From: Octopus sinensis | Lineage: Eukaryota | DNA length: 64,000 nucleotides | Reading direction: 5' to 3' | NCBI RefSeq assembly: GCF_006345805.1 | Contig: NC_042997.1 | Coordinates: 164,362,001 to 164,426,000, forward strand | Shown: piece by piece, positions 52,001 to 63,386 of the stretch | How positions within the stretch are numbered: the stretch's first letter is position 1 | Layout of the letters: the number at the start of each line of letters is the position of its first letter | Position numbers and translations under genes: made by a program | Notes under the pieces: model-generated | Told to the model about the DNA's origin: nothing | Database searches by the model: none | What the model saw: the letters and a program-made list of their open reading frames with translations, nothing else

Positions 52001-55000
52001 ATTGTGGTACTGCTGGTGTCTCTCACATGTAAATACTGGTTCAGTTTCACAAATCGTATTCAGGTCATAATACTGGAAACATACTGATCGCCAAAAGGTT
52101 CCTGATTGCTCCAGTAATTTGTAATCCTGGGTAACTTGTCTAATAACCCATAATAATATTTATGCCAAAAAATGCCTGCATTTTTTGTGGGAAACCACAA
52201 GCTATCTTTTTTTCCAGCTTGTTTACATTCTGCGTAACGGTTTGTTTCCGCAGTGATCACTTCAAACAAGTATGCTGGAAAAAATAAGAAGAAAATGTCT
52301 AATGGTTTCACTTCCTGAGAAAGACTATAGGTAGACCCTGTCTCCTCAGAAAAATTGTTAATAAAAACATTTTTAAAGTGAAATCACATGTTTTCATGAA
52401 TGGACTAATGAGATTTGTGTTCAAATTTACATTTAAATAACAATGGGTACTCTTGGCTGGCTATGGCCAGGTTGGTCTTATGAACCAAAAAGCTTTTTGG
52501 CCGGCTACAGCCGGGTTAGTATCGAAAGGGTTAAACTATTAAAATCCTGTTGTTCTTTCTCTATATTAATCTCCCAATCCTGTTAGGAACTAGAGATTTT
52601 AATGAAATGCAGTTAGCCGAGTGTAAAAATCATAAAATTATAACTGTTGCATGTATGCAGACAAAATTTATTGATATGGTATAATGATTATTGGTGTACA
52701 TTGTGATTTTTTTGTTGTTGTTGTTGGTAATTTTTACCTGTTGTCATATCACGTTCACGTACTAAGGAAAGTTGAATACAGTTAAGTTGATTACATATAA
52801 GTGTTTTCACACAATTTTGATTCTGAGCATTGAGTTTTCAATCACAGAGCTGAATTTGTACCTCAGTTGATCTCTAACTTGGAAACTGCACAACTCCTAA
52901 AATCCTGTTGAAGAGCTCAATTACCACTGGAGGCCTTGCTCTTGATAGAATTATTATAAAATTTCCCAGTGAAGATGTATCGCTCATAAAATGCATATTT
53001 TACATGACTGATAATTTTGTGGCTGAAAACAGTTTACATATTTTTTATTTTCTTATGCTGCTTGACTATATGATTGAATCTTTTAAATCTGATGTTGGTT
53101 TAAATCTTTCTACTTTTAGGTCCCTCAGTTTATTTTGGACGGCATGGTTGCAGAAGGCAAGGGTGCTGACTGTAATATAATTGTGACTCAGGTAAAACTC
53201 TTAAAATACTTAAGTTAATTTGCTATGTAATAGCAAAAATTATTAGTTAGACATTTAAAAGCATAAAAAAAAAGAGAGAGAGAAAGAAAAAAAAAACAAT
53301 TATTATATTTAGACAACTTCATTTATGAGCATCAACACTTTGACTGTTTTCTATTAAGTGCATTGTTAGTTTAATAAGAGTCACTCTTTGCCTATGTACA
53401 AATTAATCTGTGATTGTCTGAATTTGTACATATTAGTTAATATTCTATCTCAGTGTCTCTCTTTAGGCCATCTTAACAGAAATTATTTTTAAACATTTAG
53501 CTTAAAGTATAAGGTTGAGTTTTTAAAAAATTTTACTGTATTTTTCTTTTCTTAATTGCTACAATTTAAAGACTAGCAAGGTTCAACACTTAACCTATGC
53601 TACAAGATAGCAAAAGTTCCACTGTTGTTTTTGCAAATTATTCCTAGATTTTCATAATGCTTCAAATGCATTAAAAAAAACAAATCCTGAATTCCAACTT
53701 TTATGATTAATTAATTCCATTACTTTGAATATGCCACTTCCCTTAACACAGAATATTAAGCCTGTAGTCAACTGATACATTCATTTATATTAGGTTCCCA
53801 TTAATCTCTATGAAAAAAACCATCTTTCCATTATTGATTTAACAAATGAATATATTTGTGGATTGTTCAGTATGTATTAGTAATATCTGTTGTAAATTAC
53901 AGCATTGAGAAATACTGCTTGTAAATAATTAATCACTGAAATATTTCAGTTAGTCTTCAATCTCAGATTCTGTTCTATAATATGGTATCAATATAAATAG
54001 GGATCACATTGTAGTTGACTGACTCACAGTGTCTTTACTAAGCTATTGTCTTCATCCAGCCTAGAAGAATCAGTGCCGTATCCATCGCCGAAAGGGTCGC
54101 TATGGAAAGGAATGAGAACTTGGGGCTGAGTACTGGCTACAGTGTCAGATTTGAAAGTGTTCTACCTCGGCCCTATGCGGCTATTCTCTATTGTACATTA
54201 GGTATGTCCCTCAAGAAAGTTCTTTATCTTTATTTTTTTTTTAATGAACAAAATGCTCTGTCTTTAAAGACAGATCTATATTTATTCTGTTCATAATGTA
54301 ATTTTCTCAGATCTATGTTTAATTTGTTCTATATTATGTTTATATATCATTACTGTATCTTTGCTTTCAGGAACATTATTACGACGATTAGAGAATGGCT
54401 TGCGTGGTGTTTCTCATGTAATTGTTGATGAAATCCATGAAAGAGACATAAATGTAAGTTACAGTAATTACATGGTTTGTTTTGACTCTTTTCTAATACT
54501 CTTCCTACCAACTATCATTGAGGTTGTTTTTCAACTGGTTAGATTGTATGAATATTCAGACAGTATAAATGCAGCTGGTTTTATAAATTCATCTTATTCA
54601 CGTATTTCTCTCTTTTTTTTTTATTAAATTTTAGACTGACTTCTTGTTGGTGTTACTCCGGGATATGTTAGCAACTTATAGTGAACTGCGTGTTGTACTT
54701 ATGTCTGCTACTGTAGATGTAACTCTGTTCTGTGAATACTTCGGCAATTGTAGAGTGGTGGAAGTTTATGGCCGAGTTTTTCCAGTTCAAGGTTAGTCAT
54801 ATTTATTATCAGTAGTTTCCTTCTGTATTATAGTTATAACAAAAAAAATTTATGTTTATGCATTTTAAAATCAATGTATAATTACTAAGGAGTTATTTTC
54901 TTTTTTTTTTCATAGATTATTTCTTAGAGGATTGTATTCAAATGACAAATTTTGTGCCACCACCATCAGATAGAAAGAAAAAGAAAGAGAAAGATGAGGA

Positions 55001-58000
55001 TGGAGAAGATGGTGACAAAGAGGTAATCTTATGATTCTCAAATAGTACTTCAGATCAGAATTTGTATTAATATATATTTTTTTTCCATCAATCAATTTCA
55101 GTTGGGGCAAAATACTTTTGTGTATTTTGTTATGTTCAACCTCTGAAGTTTATTCAAACTGATTAAAAAACTCCATATTAATTAAGTACAAAATATATAA
55201 GAATATCAATAAAAAGAATTTTTGTAGTTTTTTCTTTACATTTTTACTATTAATATATTTCTTTACCTATTTTCCTTAGAAGACAGTTTAGTATCTTTTG
55301 ACTATTTATTTTACAGGAAAATTGCAATTTGCTAATATCTGGTGATTACTCAGAAGCCACTCGAAGAGCAATGGCTATGTTAAATGAGAAAGAAATGTCA
55401 TTTGAATTAATTGAAGTAAGTTCTATTTTTGTTGCAATAGGATAAGATTTCAAGCATTTTTAGTAATAGTAGTCGATGTTGAATGCTAGACTGATTTAAA
55501 AAATCCTGTATTCTTGTAACATTGCATCTTGTTTCTTGGCAGGCATTACTACAATACATCAAAAGTCTGAATATTCCCGGTGCTGTCTTAATTTTCTTAC
55601 CTGGCTGGAATCTCATCTTTGCTCTACAGAAACACCTGGAGATGTCGGCTGACTTTGGTAAGTCTGATTGTCTTAAGTTAGCACTTTTGTTTCTTCCTTT
55701 TTTTTATGTAGCTTTTGGACAGAAGCTAATACAAACACATCTACATCAAATATTACTTTCAATAACCTTTTTGAACTTCTGTAAAAAGAATTTCAAGTTC
55801 TGATTTTCTTACCAGTGTGGGTAATGATATTCTAAATCTCATTATAAAATATTACATTTTCAGGCTCCTCAAGGTATCGAATTCTTCCTTTACATTCACA
55901 AATACCCCGAGAAGACCAAAAGAAAGTGTTTGAAAGCGTACCATGTGGAATTACGAAGGTAAGTTTACCTTGTACTGACTATGGTTTTTAGAGTAATAAA
56001 TTAATAATTGAAATGATACCAGCTTTTTTCTTTCACTATATTTAAAAGAATTTGTTGTAAAAATGTCTAATTTTCCTTGTCATCTCTTATACTACTTGTT
56101 CACATTTCATATAATTATTCTATATAAATTCCTTAAAAGACTCGTATCTTTCTGGTAATATATCATTTTGGAAATAAGAATCAAAATTGAGATATATATT
56201 TGTTTTTTAAATATTTTTTTTACAACGCTAAAATCTGTGATTTACATTAGTTACTATTTAGTTGCATTTTTAATAAATCGTAATCCTTTGTTTTTTAGAT
56301 TATTCTCTCAACCAATATTGCTGAGACCAGTGTGACCATCAATGATGTCGTCTATGTCATTGACTGTTGCAAGTAAGTTTGAAATTATCCTAAGTCTTTG
56401 TTACTATTATTGTAATGTCTGCATTTCTTAATTAACATTCTATAATGTTGTTTTATTGGTATATTTCAGAGCTAAAATGAAACTCTTCACTTCACACAAC
56501 AACATGACTAACTATGCTACTTTATGGGCTTCCAAAACTAATTTGGAACAACGCCGTGGGCGTGCTGGACGTGTTCGGCCTGGATTCTGCTTTCATCTTT
56601 GTAGCAGAGCCAGGTATGAAAGGTGAGTGATAACACTTTGCATGCTTCCTTTCTATTATTAGTGGATTGCCAATAAAAGTCCATTCAATAAATTTAAAAA
56701 CAAAATATATTGTAATAAATCAGTAAGCTATAACAGTGTTAGTGATATGAACGTAATTTGTTTGCAACTCTTTAATCTTTAAGCATAACACTCATTAAAC
56801 AAGGCGTAGTAAAATGTAACTTTACTTTGAGAATTTGTTTACATAATATTTAAAGAAATGTATATTGGATGCTTTTGGTGTTGAATCTGACTTCAGTAAA
56901 ATATTAATATATTTTTTTGAAGAATGACAGGTATTCAGCTTTGCTTTTCATGCTCAGTGGCTTTCAAGTGCTTGAGTGAAATTTGAATAACTGACCAATC
57001 TCCTCAAAATTTGTGTCTATGATAGAAATTAGTGTTATGATTGAGATAAGGCAGAGATATGGTATTTTCTTAATTTTGATTTCAATGTAGTTTTGATGTA
57101 GTTAAAATCAGTGCTGTTTATTTTCAGACTAGAACAACATACAACACCTGAAATATTCCGCACACCACTTCATGAATTAGCATTGGCTATCAAACTGCTA
57201 AGGCTCGGGTCTATTGGTTTATTTTTGGCCAAAGCTGTTGAGCCACCTCCTATTGATGCTGTTATTGAAGCTGAAGCCCTATTAAAAGGTGACTATTTAC
57301 ATATCTTAAAATTCTTGGAATTATCTAATTTTATCTCTTGTTTGCAGTGTAAATAAAATATATTGAAAATCTTATTTCTCTTTCTAGAAATGCGTGCTCT
57401 TGATTCTAATGATGAATTAACTCCTTTGGGCCGTATTCTTGCCAGACTTCCTATTGAACCTCGCTTAGGAAAAATGATGATTTATGGTTGCCTGTTTTAG
57501 TAAGTTGCAGTTTTCTCATGTCCCAATATTATTTGCTATATTTTCTTTTTTTAGTTATAATCATTCTTGAGCATCTTATTATGAATGGAAAAGTTATGTT
57601 AATGGAGTAGTTTACTTTAGATTTAACTAAATGTATATTATGACATGCTGTCAAATGGTGAATCAGAACCTTTTAATTGTAATTAAGTATCAAACAACAG
57701 AGAATCAATGTAAATATGAAAATATTCATCAACCCTAAATAACTAACCTTATTCAAACCACCATTTTAGAACACTGCTTATATGTCAGAGTAAGAGTTAT
57801 TTCCTTATATGCATATACCATAAAAATAGCTATGATAAACCCATGTTTAAGTTCAATTCTACATTATTCACTTTTTGTCCCACATCCACCTCATTTGTGA
57901 CAATGACTTTTTTTACTCCCAGAACTGCATTTTTTAAAATCTACTTCTTGTCTATGCATTTGGCTAATTATATGAATAACTAAATGCAAGACTAAATAGG

Positions 58001-61000
58001 CCATATGCATTTCTCTTCCTCTAATTTTAAAGTTGCTTTCAGCAGTTTGATTCTTGTTTCGTTATTTCACTTCTATATGGTTCAAATATATCTTTATTGC
58101 AGCTGTGGAGATGCTGTGTGTACAGTTGCTGCTAGCACTACGTTTCCAGAACCATTTATAACACATGACCGGAAGCGCCTTGGCTGGATACATAAAAATC
58201 TGGCTGGTACAAGATGCAGTGATCATGTAGCCTTATTGAATGCATTTCAACTTTGGGAAGATGCTCGGTGTGTACTCAGTTTCATTTTTATTTATTCTAC
58301 CATTTTATACCTAGTTTTCTCAATTATTTTCTCATCCAAAATATATGCTTTTATTTCAGTATGTCTGGTGAAGATAGTGAAGCTTGCTTTTGTGACAATA
58401 AATCTCTTTCAATGCCAACATTGCGAATGACATGTGAAGCAAAGGTAATCAGTTATATTTGTGTACATTTGTATATATTGTGAATTTACCCTTATTCTTG
58501 TCAAAAATGTATTTGTAGCAATGTGTTTGAATTTGGATGGCTTTTTGAGTACTTGAAGTTAGCCATATTTTCAATTGGATATTGAAATTATCATCATTAA
58601 TATCTGCTTTTTTTTTCTTCCAATATCATCTTAAGTTTAATGTTTACTGCCATTCATTGTGATCCGTTTATCTTTTCAAAAGTTTTCAAATTGGACTTTT
58701 TCTTGTTTTCCTTAGTCTTACCACAGTTATCTTACCCTGCATACATCAGTTGTTATCTTCTCAACTCTCTCAGCTAATATTTTACATGCATCAAATCGTA
58801 CACAACTCATTTCACTCCAACCTTTATAGATCTTCTGTACAATGTTACTGCTACCATACAACATTTCAATTGTTGTATATGCTTCATACAGTCTGATTCT
58901 TACTGACTGAAAAAAAAATGGGTGGGGACTAGTCTAACTAATACTTTAAATTGCCACTAATGAGTATTATTATGTTTCTGATTACTAAAACGTTTTTATA
59001 TTTTTTCTTCCTTTACATTTGTAGAATCAGTTAAGAGATATTCTTACCAATACTGGTTTCCCAGAAGAATGTATGTTGCCCAAAGTATACAATTACACTG
59101 GACCCGATGGTAATTTAGATATTGTAAGTAATAGATCAGTTTGAATTTGTCAAGGACTTGCTTCTATTGCAAAGATTGTAAATTTCTCACTTTTATGCGT
59201 TTTATTTATTAACATAGGTAGGAGTTAGAAAAATATGCTTATGTTTTCTTAATTTGAAATGTTATGAAATGTTAAACCTTTCAAATTTTAATTCAGTCAA
59301 ATTCTTTACTATGTAAATCAAGAAGTACAATATTTTGTGGGTTGGTGCCCTTTTACATTTTCTGTTTGTATGTCTAATAGTTTTTGTTGTTATTGATTTT
59401 ACAGCTGAAAGCAGTTCTTATAAACAATTCATATGTAGAGTAAAACTTGTATCTTGCTTCTGGTGTGTTTAAATTCACAAATATTGTGTGTGTGTGTGTG
59501 TGTGTGTGTGTATTATAAATTCAGATACAAACAATTTGTTTGGATGTTGGGTTCACAATTTTAAAGTTAAGAGCAGGATCTGTGGACCAGGTAGCATGGT
59601 ACTTAATTTCACACTGCTCTAGTGTTCTTGACAAAAATGGATATCAGCCAAGTGTTGGTGCAATTAATTTTCTCCCTAGTGGTCATGTCCTTCAATGTTT
59701 CAAGAGGAGAAGGTACCTATGTTTGTTCATGGCAATATAGAGACTTAAAGCAGTTTGTGAACACATGGTACTATGACGTCATACTTGCTTGCAAGTGAGC
59801 TAAGGTTGTTTTTGAGTTATGCTTGTAGATAGTTGCATGTTAGCTTGTTAAGCAAGAGTCTTAGTGCCTTCATTATTTTTGCAAGTATATACCAATCTAA
59901 TGTGTGTGTGTGGAGAGAAAGCAAGGGAGCTCTAAGAGATGTATATTAAAGAATGAAAAGTTTAGATGAACGCTGACATTTGTTTATTAACTAAAAAGGA
60001 ACTTAACTTGTATTGATTAACCTTCCTTTTTGTGTTGCAGGTGACAACGCTCTTATGTATGGGTCTTTATCCTAATGTTTGCTATCATAAAGAAAAGCGT
60101 AAGGTACTCACTACTGAAAGCAAGCATGCCTTAGTTCATAAATCATCAGTGAACTGCAGTAATTTTGAAATTCATTTTCCTTCTCCTTATTTCATATTTG
60201 GGGAAAAGGTAATTCTAAAACAATTTTCTGAAATTGAACTTCTGAGTTTTTTTTGTTTTTTTTATTAATATTGTTATGACAGCTATTATGATGTCACATA
60301 CTAATTGCAAAATGGCAGAGCTACGACCCAGATAAATAATTTACTTTCAAATCTTTTTTAAAATTCATCCCCATTCCTCCTAGGTTTTAAGTCGATTACT
60401 TATGTCTCTTTCATATCAACAATTTCATATGAGATAACCGTTCAAATCCTGTAAGAAATGACTTAAACTTTTTAGAGATTGCTAATGTATTTTTTTCTCC
60501 ATTTCTTTGTGATTGATAGATACGTACTCGTGCTGTGTCTTGCAAACAAATGACAATGGTAACACCCATCCAGTTACTGCTCTTTGCTTCTCGCTCAGTG
60601 ACATTTCATGAAGAATTGGTTATTCTTGATGAATGGTAAGGAGCATTCTTTTTACTCTCTCTCTCTCTCTCTTTCCTGCATTGTAATTATTTTAACTCTA
60701 ATATGCTTATGACCTAGTCCTTATATCAGTTAGTTAAAGAAGAAATTCCAGGCATGGAAGCAAAACTTAGACTTGAGAGATCTCAGGATGAACTGGGCAA
60801 AGGTCAAAGATTTAGTATGTAAAAGACATGACACTTATCATTAGAGAAATGATTTTGCTTGATAGGCAGAAAAAGAGTAGGTAAGGACTCCATACTTTGA
60901 ATACAATGTGAACTATGGGTGTGCAAAAGGTCTTTCAGGATCACAGGGAGGCTGATGGTAAATAAGAACCATGTAATTAGTAGTCAGTGCAATAGCAAAA

Positions 61001-63376
61001 TATCCTTTCAGGCCTTCAAAAGAAATTAGAAGGCAGTTTCTGTTACTTGTGCAACCTGAACAGCAGTGGGGGCAGGAACTCTGAAAGTATAGTAGCCAGA
61101 ATATGGAATTTATGGTTCAGGGAGTTGTCTCTTCTGACAAGAGGATTCTTCTTTTGAGTGAAAGGTAGATGTTGCTTCTGTATAAAGTGCAGTGCTGCAT
61201 GCTAGTGAGACAGCACTGACTGCATTGGAAGTGTGAAGGTTGAATGAGTCTAGCATGCTTCTCTGGATGTATAATTTTAGTTTGCATTAATGATGTGGTA
61301 CAGATAAGTTGTGAAATAAACTATCTATTAGAGGATCAGGTTGTGGCATAAGAAAACAAAGACTACATTGTTATGGACTTATGACGCATATGAAGTATAA
61401 TATATCTATATATGAGTAAAAATATGCTATGATATCTGAGTGGAAAGAAACAATGGAAGAGGAAGACATGGGTAGATGTAAAAATGTGTGTTTAAGATAA
61501 TTTTTTTCATTTTATTTATTCTTTAAAAAAAGTCTTCAGTTTTATACTGTATAATATATAATTCTTCATTTTTATGATTTCAGGATTAATTTAAAAATGA
61601 ACCCTAATATTGCTGCCAAAATTGTCGCTCTCCGTCCGGCCATGGAAGCCCTAATAGTGCGAGCCACCCAGAACCCAGCTGTAATTAACCAGCCAGGACC
61701 CCAAGAGTCTTCGCTGATGAGTGCTGTGAGATTTTTATCTCAACCAAATGCTGGTCGCTTTGGACTTGCTGACCAGACCGAGTGAGTAACATGTAGATGA
61801 TTAATATTCCCTTGTTATTTAAGTAGACATGATTAATTCAAAACTGTAAAAAATAAGCACTGATCTGAATGCTAAAGAGTTAAAGATGCTGGGTGATGTA
61901 CAGCAAGTGTTTACATTATTTTGATTTAAATATGAAGAGAAATTTGAGTGCTTTATCTTATCTTATAATGAGAGACTGTTTGGTAATGAAAGGATTAAAA
62001 GGATTGCAAGAGGTGCTCTCTAACACTTTCATTCGTATTCAAGTAATTATTTAGATCTTTGTCTTAGTTGTCGTTTTCCTCAAATCTTTTGCTTTGATAT
62101 TTACATTTTTTTAAATATTTTGCTGGAAGATTATTCCTACCCCTCTGTTTTGAAGATTTTAGTTTATTTCCTCCTCCTCTTTCTAAGTTATTTTGAAAGT
62201 GTTAAATATGTTTAGCAGTGCAAAAGTAAGGATTTTCTCCATCCGGGAGTCTTTATCTCCCCTTTGTTTATTATTTATTTGTTATTCAAAAATTATTAAA
62301 CTTGATAGCAGACCAAAGGCAGATATTGCTCTTTCTCATATTTATACTCTCCTGAAAGATGATGCAATATATTGTAAGAGTTGCATCATCACATAGAAAT
62401 ACTGTATCACCCTATAACCTAGCAGATTGAAGGTGATGCAATACCACATAAATTTACAGGAATATTTTCATAATTTTTCCTGTTTTATCTAAAATTCAGC
62501 AAATAAATTGAATACAATTTTATGTATTTTATATCTGATAAATATTTGATATTGCTTTTATTCTGTTTAGAATGACAAGAGTATTGTCTGAATTTAATTT
62601 GAGGGTCTAATGGACCCATACAGTAATGTATAAAGTGAAATTTTCTAGCTTTTATAAGCATATGGAAAAGTTCCTGTTTGACAAATAAAAGAGAGTCTAG
62701 AAAAAATAAGAGCCATGAGAAGTCAGCAGAATCAAATGATATAAACAATAGGAAAAAAGCAACTGAAATGGGTCTATTGGACCCATTGATTGACAGAAGG
62801 TTAGGACAAAGAAATATAGATTCCAGAGATATGGTAGCAAAGACCTAATTTCCATAAAACAGAGTAACCCACTAATACTTAATGTTCTGGCTACAATTTT
62901 TTCTAATTGCTCTGTAAATAATTTTTTCTGTTTTTTAGATGGCAGTTTCTAATAAAATCAAAAAAAGCATTTTCCACTTAGAAAAGATAATTTTTCTTTG
63001 ATTCATTAGTAAGATGTAAATGTGGCAACTGTAGAAGGATTTTACTCAGCTAGAATTCTTGTTTTGCATTCATTTTTTTCTCTCTTTTCACTTGCTTTTT
63101 CTTTTTCTTTTTTTCAGAAATGGACCCCCAAACAAATTTGCTCGGTTCGGTGGAGGTGGGAGAGGATTTCGGAACTTCAGCCGAGGGGGCAGCTTTGAGG
63201 GTGGGTCCCGAGGATATGGGGGTGGCTATGGCAGTAATTACCGTGGTGGGATGAGTACAGGGTTCACCAACAACTGGAGAGGTGGTGGCGGGTACCGCGG
63301 TGGATACAATCGTGGTGGTGGGTATAACAGAGGTGGAGGTTATCAGCGATCTGGGGGTGGTGGGGGTTACTACTGA
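18939..63376 (+). CDS. DHX9: ATP-dependent RNA helicase A (DHX9 / maleless orthologue), 30 coding exons, 1227 aa
   Basis: Hand-spliced join of 30 GT-AG exons with consistent phases gives 3684 nt, ATG 18939 to TGA 63374-63376. Contains dsRBD1 ([31 protein letters not shown]), dsRBD2 ([25 protein letters not shown]), motif [11 protein letters not shown], Ia [42 protein letters not shown]2/OB and a C-terminal RGG tail. Confidence 0.97.
19432..19569 (+). mobile_element. 5'-truncated copy of the (ATG)n-tailed retroposon
   Basis: High identity to 75-215. Confidence 0.85.
20916..21175 (+). mobile_element. tRNA-derived SINE
   Basis: A/B-box-like gtggctgtgtggtaag..gggttcagtccc, then ccttgggcaagtgtcttcta..gtgagtggatttg..aaactgaaagaagcc. 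Confidence 0.8.
21795..21990 (+). mobile_element. tRNA-derived SINE, same family as the 9545-10470 cluster, opposite orientation
   Basis: aaggtggtaagctggca..gttgactagcctttcatccttt..gataaaataagtaccagttgagcac..gccttgtgcc. Confidence 0.75.
23828..24083. mobile_element. hAT-type MITE with intact 8-bp TSD
   Basis: TIRs CAGGGCTGTGGAGT / ACTCCACGGGCCTG; direct repeat GTTATTAC at 23820-23827 and 24084-24091; internal GACTCC/GAGTCG subterminal repeats. Confidence 0.85.
25663..25689. repeat. (CA)n microsatellite
   Basis: cacacaca run. Confidence 0.9.
27323..27680 (+). mobile_element. tRNA-derived SINE, degenerate (20916 family)
   Basis: catggct..ggtt..tttgcaaccacatggtttcaggttcagtc..aatgtcttctact..gtgccccaacatg..agtccaatgactg. 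Confidence 0.65.
28258..28392 (+). CDS. DHX9: DHX9 coding exon 2 (dsRBD1 C-half)
   Basis: [45 protein letters not shown]; ag/gtaagt; phase 0-0. Confidence 0.95.
28832..29034 (+). mobile_element. Copy of the (ATG)n-tailed retroposon
   Basis: High identity to 15-225. Confidence 0.85.
29261..29357 (+). CDS. DHX9: DHX9 coding exon 3 (linker)
   Basis: [32 protein letters not shown]; tttcag/gtaagt; phase 0-1. Confidence 0.88.
29450..29550 (+). CDS. DHX9: DHX9 coding exon 4 (linker)
   Basis: (S)[33 protein letters not shown]; phase 1-0. Confidence 0.9.
30393..30607. mobile_element. piggyBac-type MITE, same family as 1131-1342
   Basis: ttaacctttttgatactaaccc..., shared internal sequence (gttaatttatgttc..aaataccag), ends gaaaggg. 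Confidence 0.7.
31216..31355 (+). CDS. DHX9: DHX9 coding exon 5 (dsRBD2 N-part)
   Basis: [46 protein letters not shown](R); ends CG|gtaagt; phase 2. Confidence 0.96.
33540..33693 (+). other. Intronic structural element C (collinear complementarity to 40243-40418)
   Basis: Six short (6-11 bp) complementary blocks in antiparallel collinear order, one covering the +4..+10 positions of the poison-exon donor. Confidence 0.55.
35654..35806 (+). other. Intronic structural element A (long-range partner of the poison-exon region; possibly a second poison exon 35659-35806)
   Basis: Segments are reverse complements of 40169-40190, 40118-40129, 40215-40230 and 39200-39223; internal hairpin 35735-35776; pyrimidine tract and CAG at 35658. 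Confidence 0.75.
40155..40239 (+). other. Candidate poison (NMD) cassette exon of DHX9, 85 nt
   Basis: Acceptor ttgcctctcgttcctcctcaacag and consensus donor CAG|GTAAGT; 85 nt shifts the frame, giving TAA at 45888-45890; GC-enriched island in an AT-rich intron. Confidence 0.7.
42761..43890 (+). mobile_element. Decayed mariner (Tc1/mariner) transposon with transposase pseudogene
   Basis: HTH segment [29 protein letters not shown] (WVPHEL motif) near 43255, HLPYSPDI (YSPDL motif); degenerate TIRs tattgggtcatcctataaataatgtgg / aaccgcgttatttatggaga; multiple stops and deletions. Confidence 0.9.
45580..45626 (+). CDS. DHX9: DHX9 coding exon 6 (47 nt, dsRBD2)
   Basis: (R)[15 protein letters not shown]; tgtag/gtaagt; phase 2-1. 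Confidence 0.95.
45860..45996 (+). CDS. DHX9: DHX9 coding exon 7 (dsRBD2 C-part)
   Basis: (H)[45 protein letters not shown]. Confidence 0.95.
46420..48190 (-). mobile_element. Highly decayed LINE-like remnant (family uncertain)
   Basis: 1.8-kb purine-skewed (G/A-rich on +) block unlike the flanking intron; no intact ORF. Confidence 0.35.
48374..48463 (+). CDS. DHX9: DHX9 coding exon 8
   Basis: [30 protein letters not shown]; acag/gtaagt; phase 0-0. Confidence 0.88.
48571..48738 (+). CDS. DHX9: DHX9 coding exon 9 (MTAD-like Trp-rich segment)
   Basis: ...[27 protein letters not shown]; donor gtgagt. Confidence 0.94.
49423..49500 (+). CDS. DHX9: DHX9 coding exon 10
   Basis: [26 protein letters not shown]; phase 0-0. 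Confidence 0.9.
49944..50063 (+). CDS. DHX9: DHX9 coding exon 11 (motif I / Walker A)
   Basis: [40 protein letters not shown]. Confidence 0.96.
50353..52534 (-). mobile_element. Decayed piggyBac-like (PGBD4-type) DNA transposon
   Basis: TTAA-CCCT (50353) ... AGGG-TTAA (52534) ends; frameshifted transposase pieces 51064-52311: [69 protein letters not shown]. Confidence 0.9.
53120..53191 (+). CDS. DHX9: DHX9 coding exon 12
   Basis: [24 protein letters not shown]. Confidence 0.95.
54060..54201 (+). CDS. DHX9: DHX9 coding exon 13 (motif Ia)
   Basis: [47 protein letters not shown](G). Confidence 0.96.
54371..54453 (+). CDS. DHX9: DHX9 coding exon 14 (motif II DEIH)
   Basis: [27 protein letters not shown]. 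Confidence 0.96.
54635..54791 (+). CDS. DHX9: DHX9 coding exon 15 (motif III SAT)
   Basis: [52 protein letters not shown]. Confidence 0.96.
54916..55022 (+). CDS. DHX9: DHX9 coding exon 16
   Basis: (D)[35 protein letters not shown]. Confidence 0.95.
55317..55415 (+). CDS. DHX9: DHX9 coding exon 17
   Basis: [33 protein letters not shown]. Confidence 0.94.
55543..55657 (+). CDS. DHX9: DHX9 coding exon 18 (motif IV)
   Basis: [38 protein letters not shown](G). Confidence 0.96.
55864..55958 (+). CDS. DHX9: DHX9 coding exon 19
   Basis: [31 protein letters not shown]. Confidence 0.96.
56299..56372 (+). CDS. DHX9: DHX9 coding exon 20 (motif V)
   Basis: [24 protein letters not shown](K). Confidence 0.96.
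56470..56622 (+). CDS. DHX9: DHX9 coding exon 21 (motif VI)
   Basis: [50 protein letters not shown](R). Confidence 0.95.
57128..57288 (+). CDS. DHX9: DHX9 coding exon 22
   Basis: [53 protein letters not shown]. Confidence 0.96.
57388..57499 (+). CDS. DHX9: DHX9 coding exon 23 (HA2)
   Basis: (E)[36 protein letters not shown]. Confidence 0.96.
58103..58267 (+). CDS. DHX9: DHX9 coding exon 24
   Basis: [54 protein letters not shown](R). Confidence 0.95.
58360..58444 (+). CDS. DHX9: DHX9 coding exon 25
   Basis: [28 protein letters not shown]. Confidence 0.93.
59025..59123 (+). CDS. DHX9: DHX9 coding exon 26
   Basis: [33 protein letters not shown]. Confidence 0.94.
59485..59511. repeat. (TG)n microsatellite
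   Basis: tgtgtg run. Confidence 0.9.
60041..60208 (+). CDS. DHX9: DHX9 coding exon 27 (OB-fold)
   Basis: [56 protein letters not shown]. Confidence 0.96.
60520..60635 (+). CDS. DHX9: DHX9 coding exon 28
   Basis: [38 protein letters not shown](W). Confidence 0.95.
60740..61480 (+). mobile_element. Decayed RTE-clade LINE fragment (RT C-terminal region)
   Basis: Interrupted translation similar to [32 protein letters not shown], typical of RTE ORF ends; many stops. Confidence 0.55.
61584..61781 (+). CDS. DHX9: DHX9 coding exon 29
   Basis: [65 protein letters not shown](E). Confidence 0.94.
63118..63376 (+). CDS. DHX9: DHX9 last coding exon (NLS-like GPPNKFAR plus RGG/GGY tail, stop)
   Basis: Long pyrimidine tract and cag ending 63117; [17 protein letters not shown]...[25 protein letters not shown] then TGA. 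Confidence 0.95.
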
Positions 63377-63380
63377 ATTC

Positions 63381-63386
63381 AATAAA
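63381..63386 (+). terminator. Candidate polyadenylation signal AATAAA
   Basis: AATAAA 4 nt after the stop codon, followed by a GT/T-rich stretch near 63414-63445. Confidence 0.4.

Noticed and set aside
18939-63376. Role in sex-chromosome dosage compensation by analogy to Drosophila maleless/roX
   Set aside because: Nothing in the sequence shows chromosome location or an MSL-like function; DHX9 orthology alone does not imply it.
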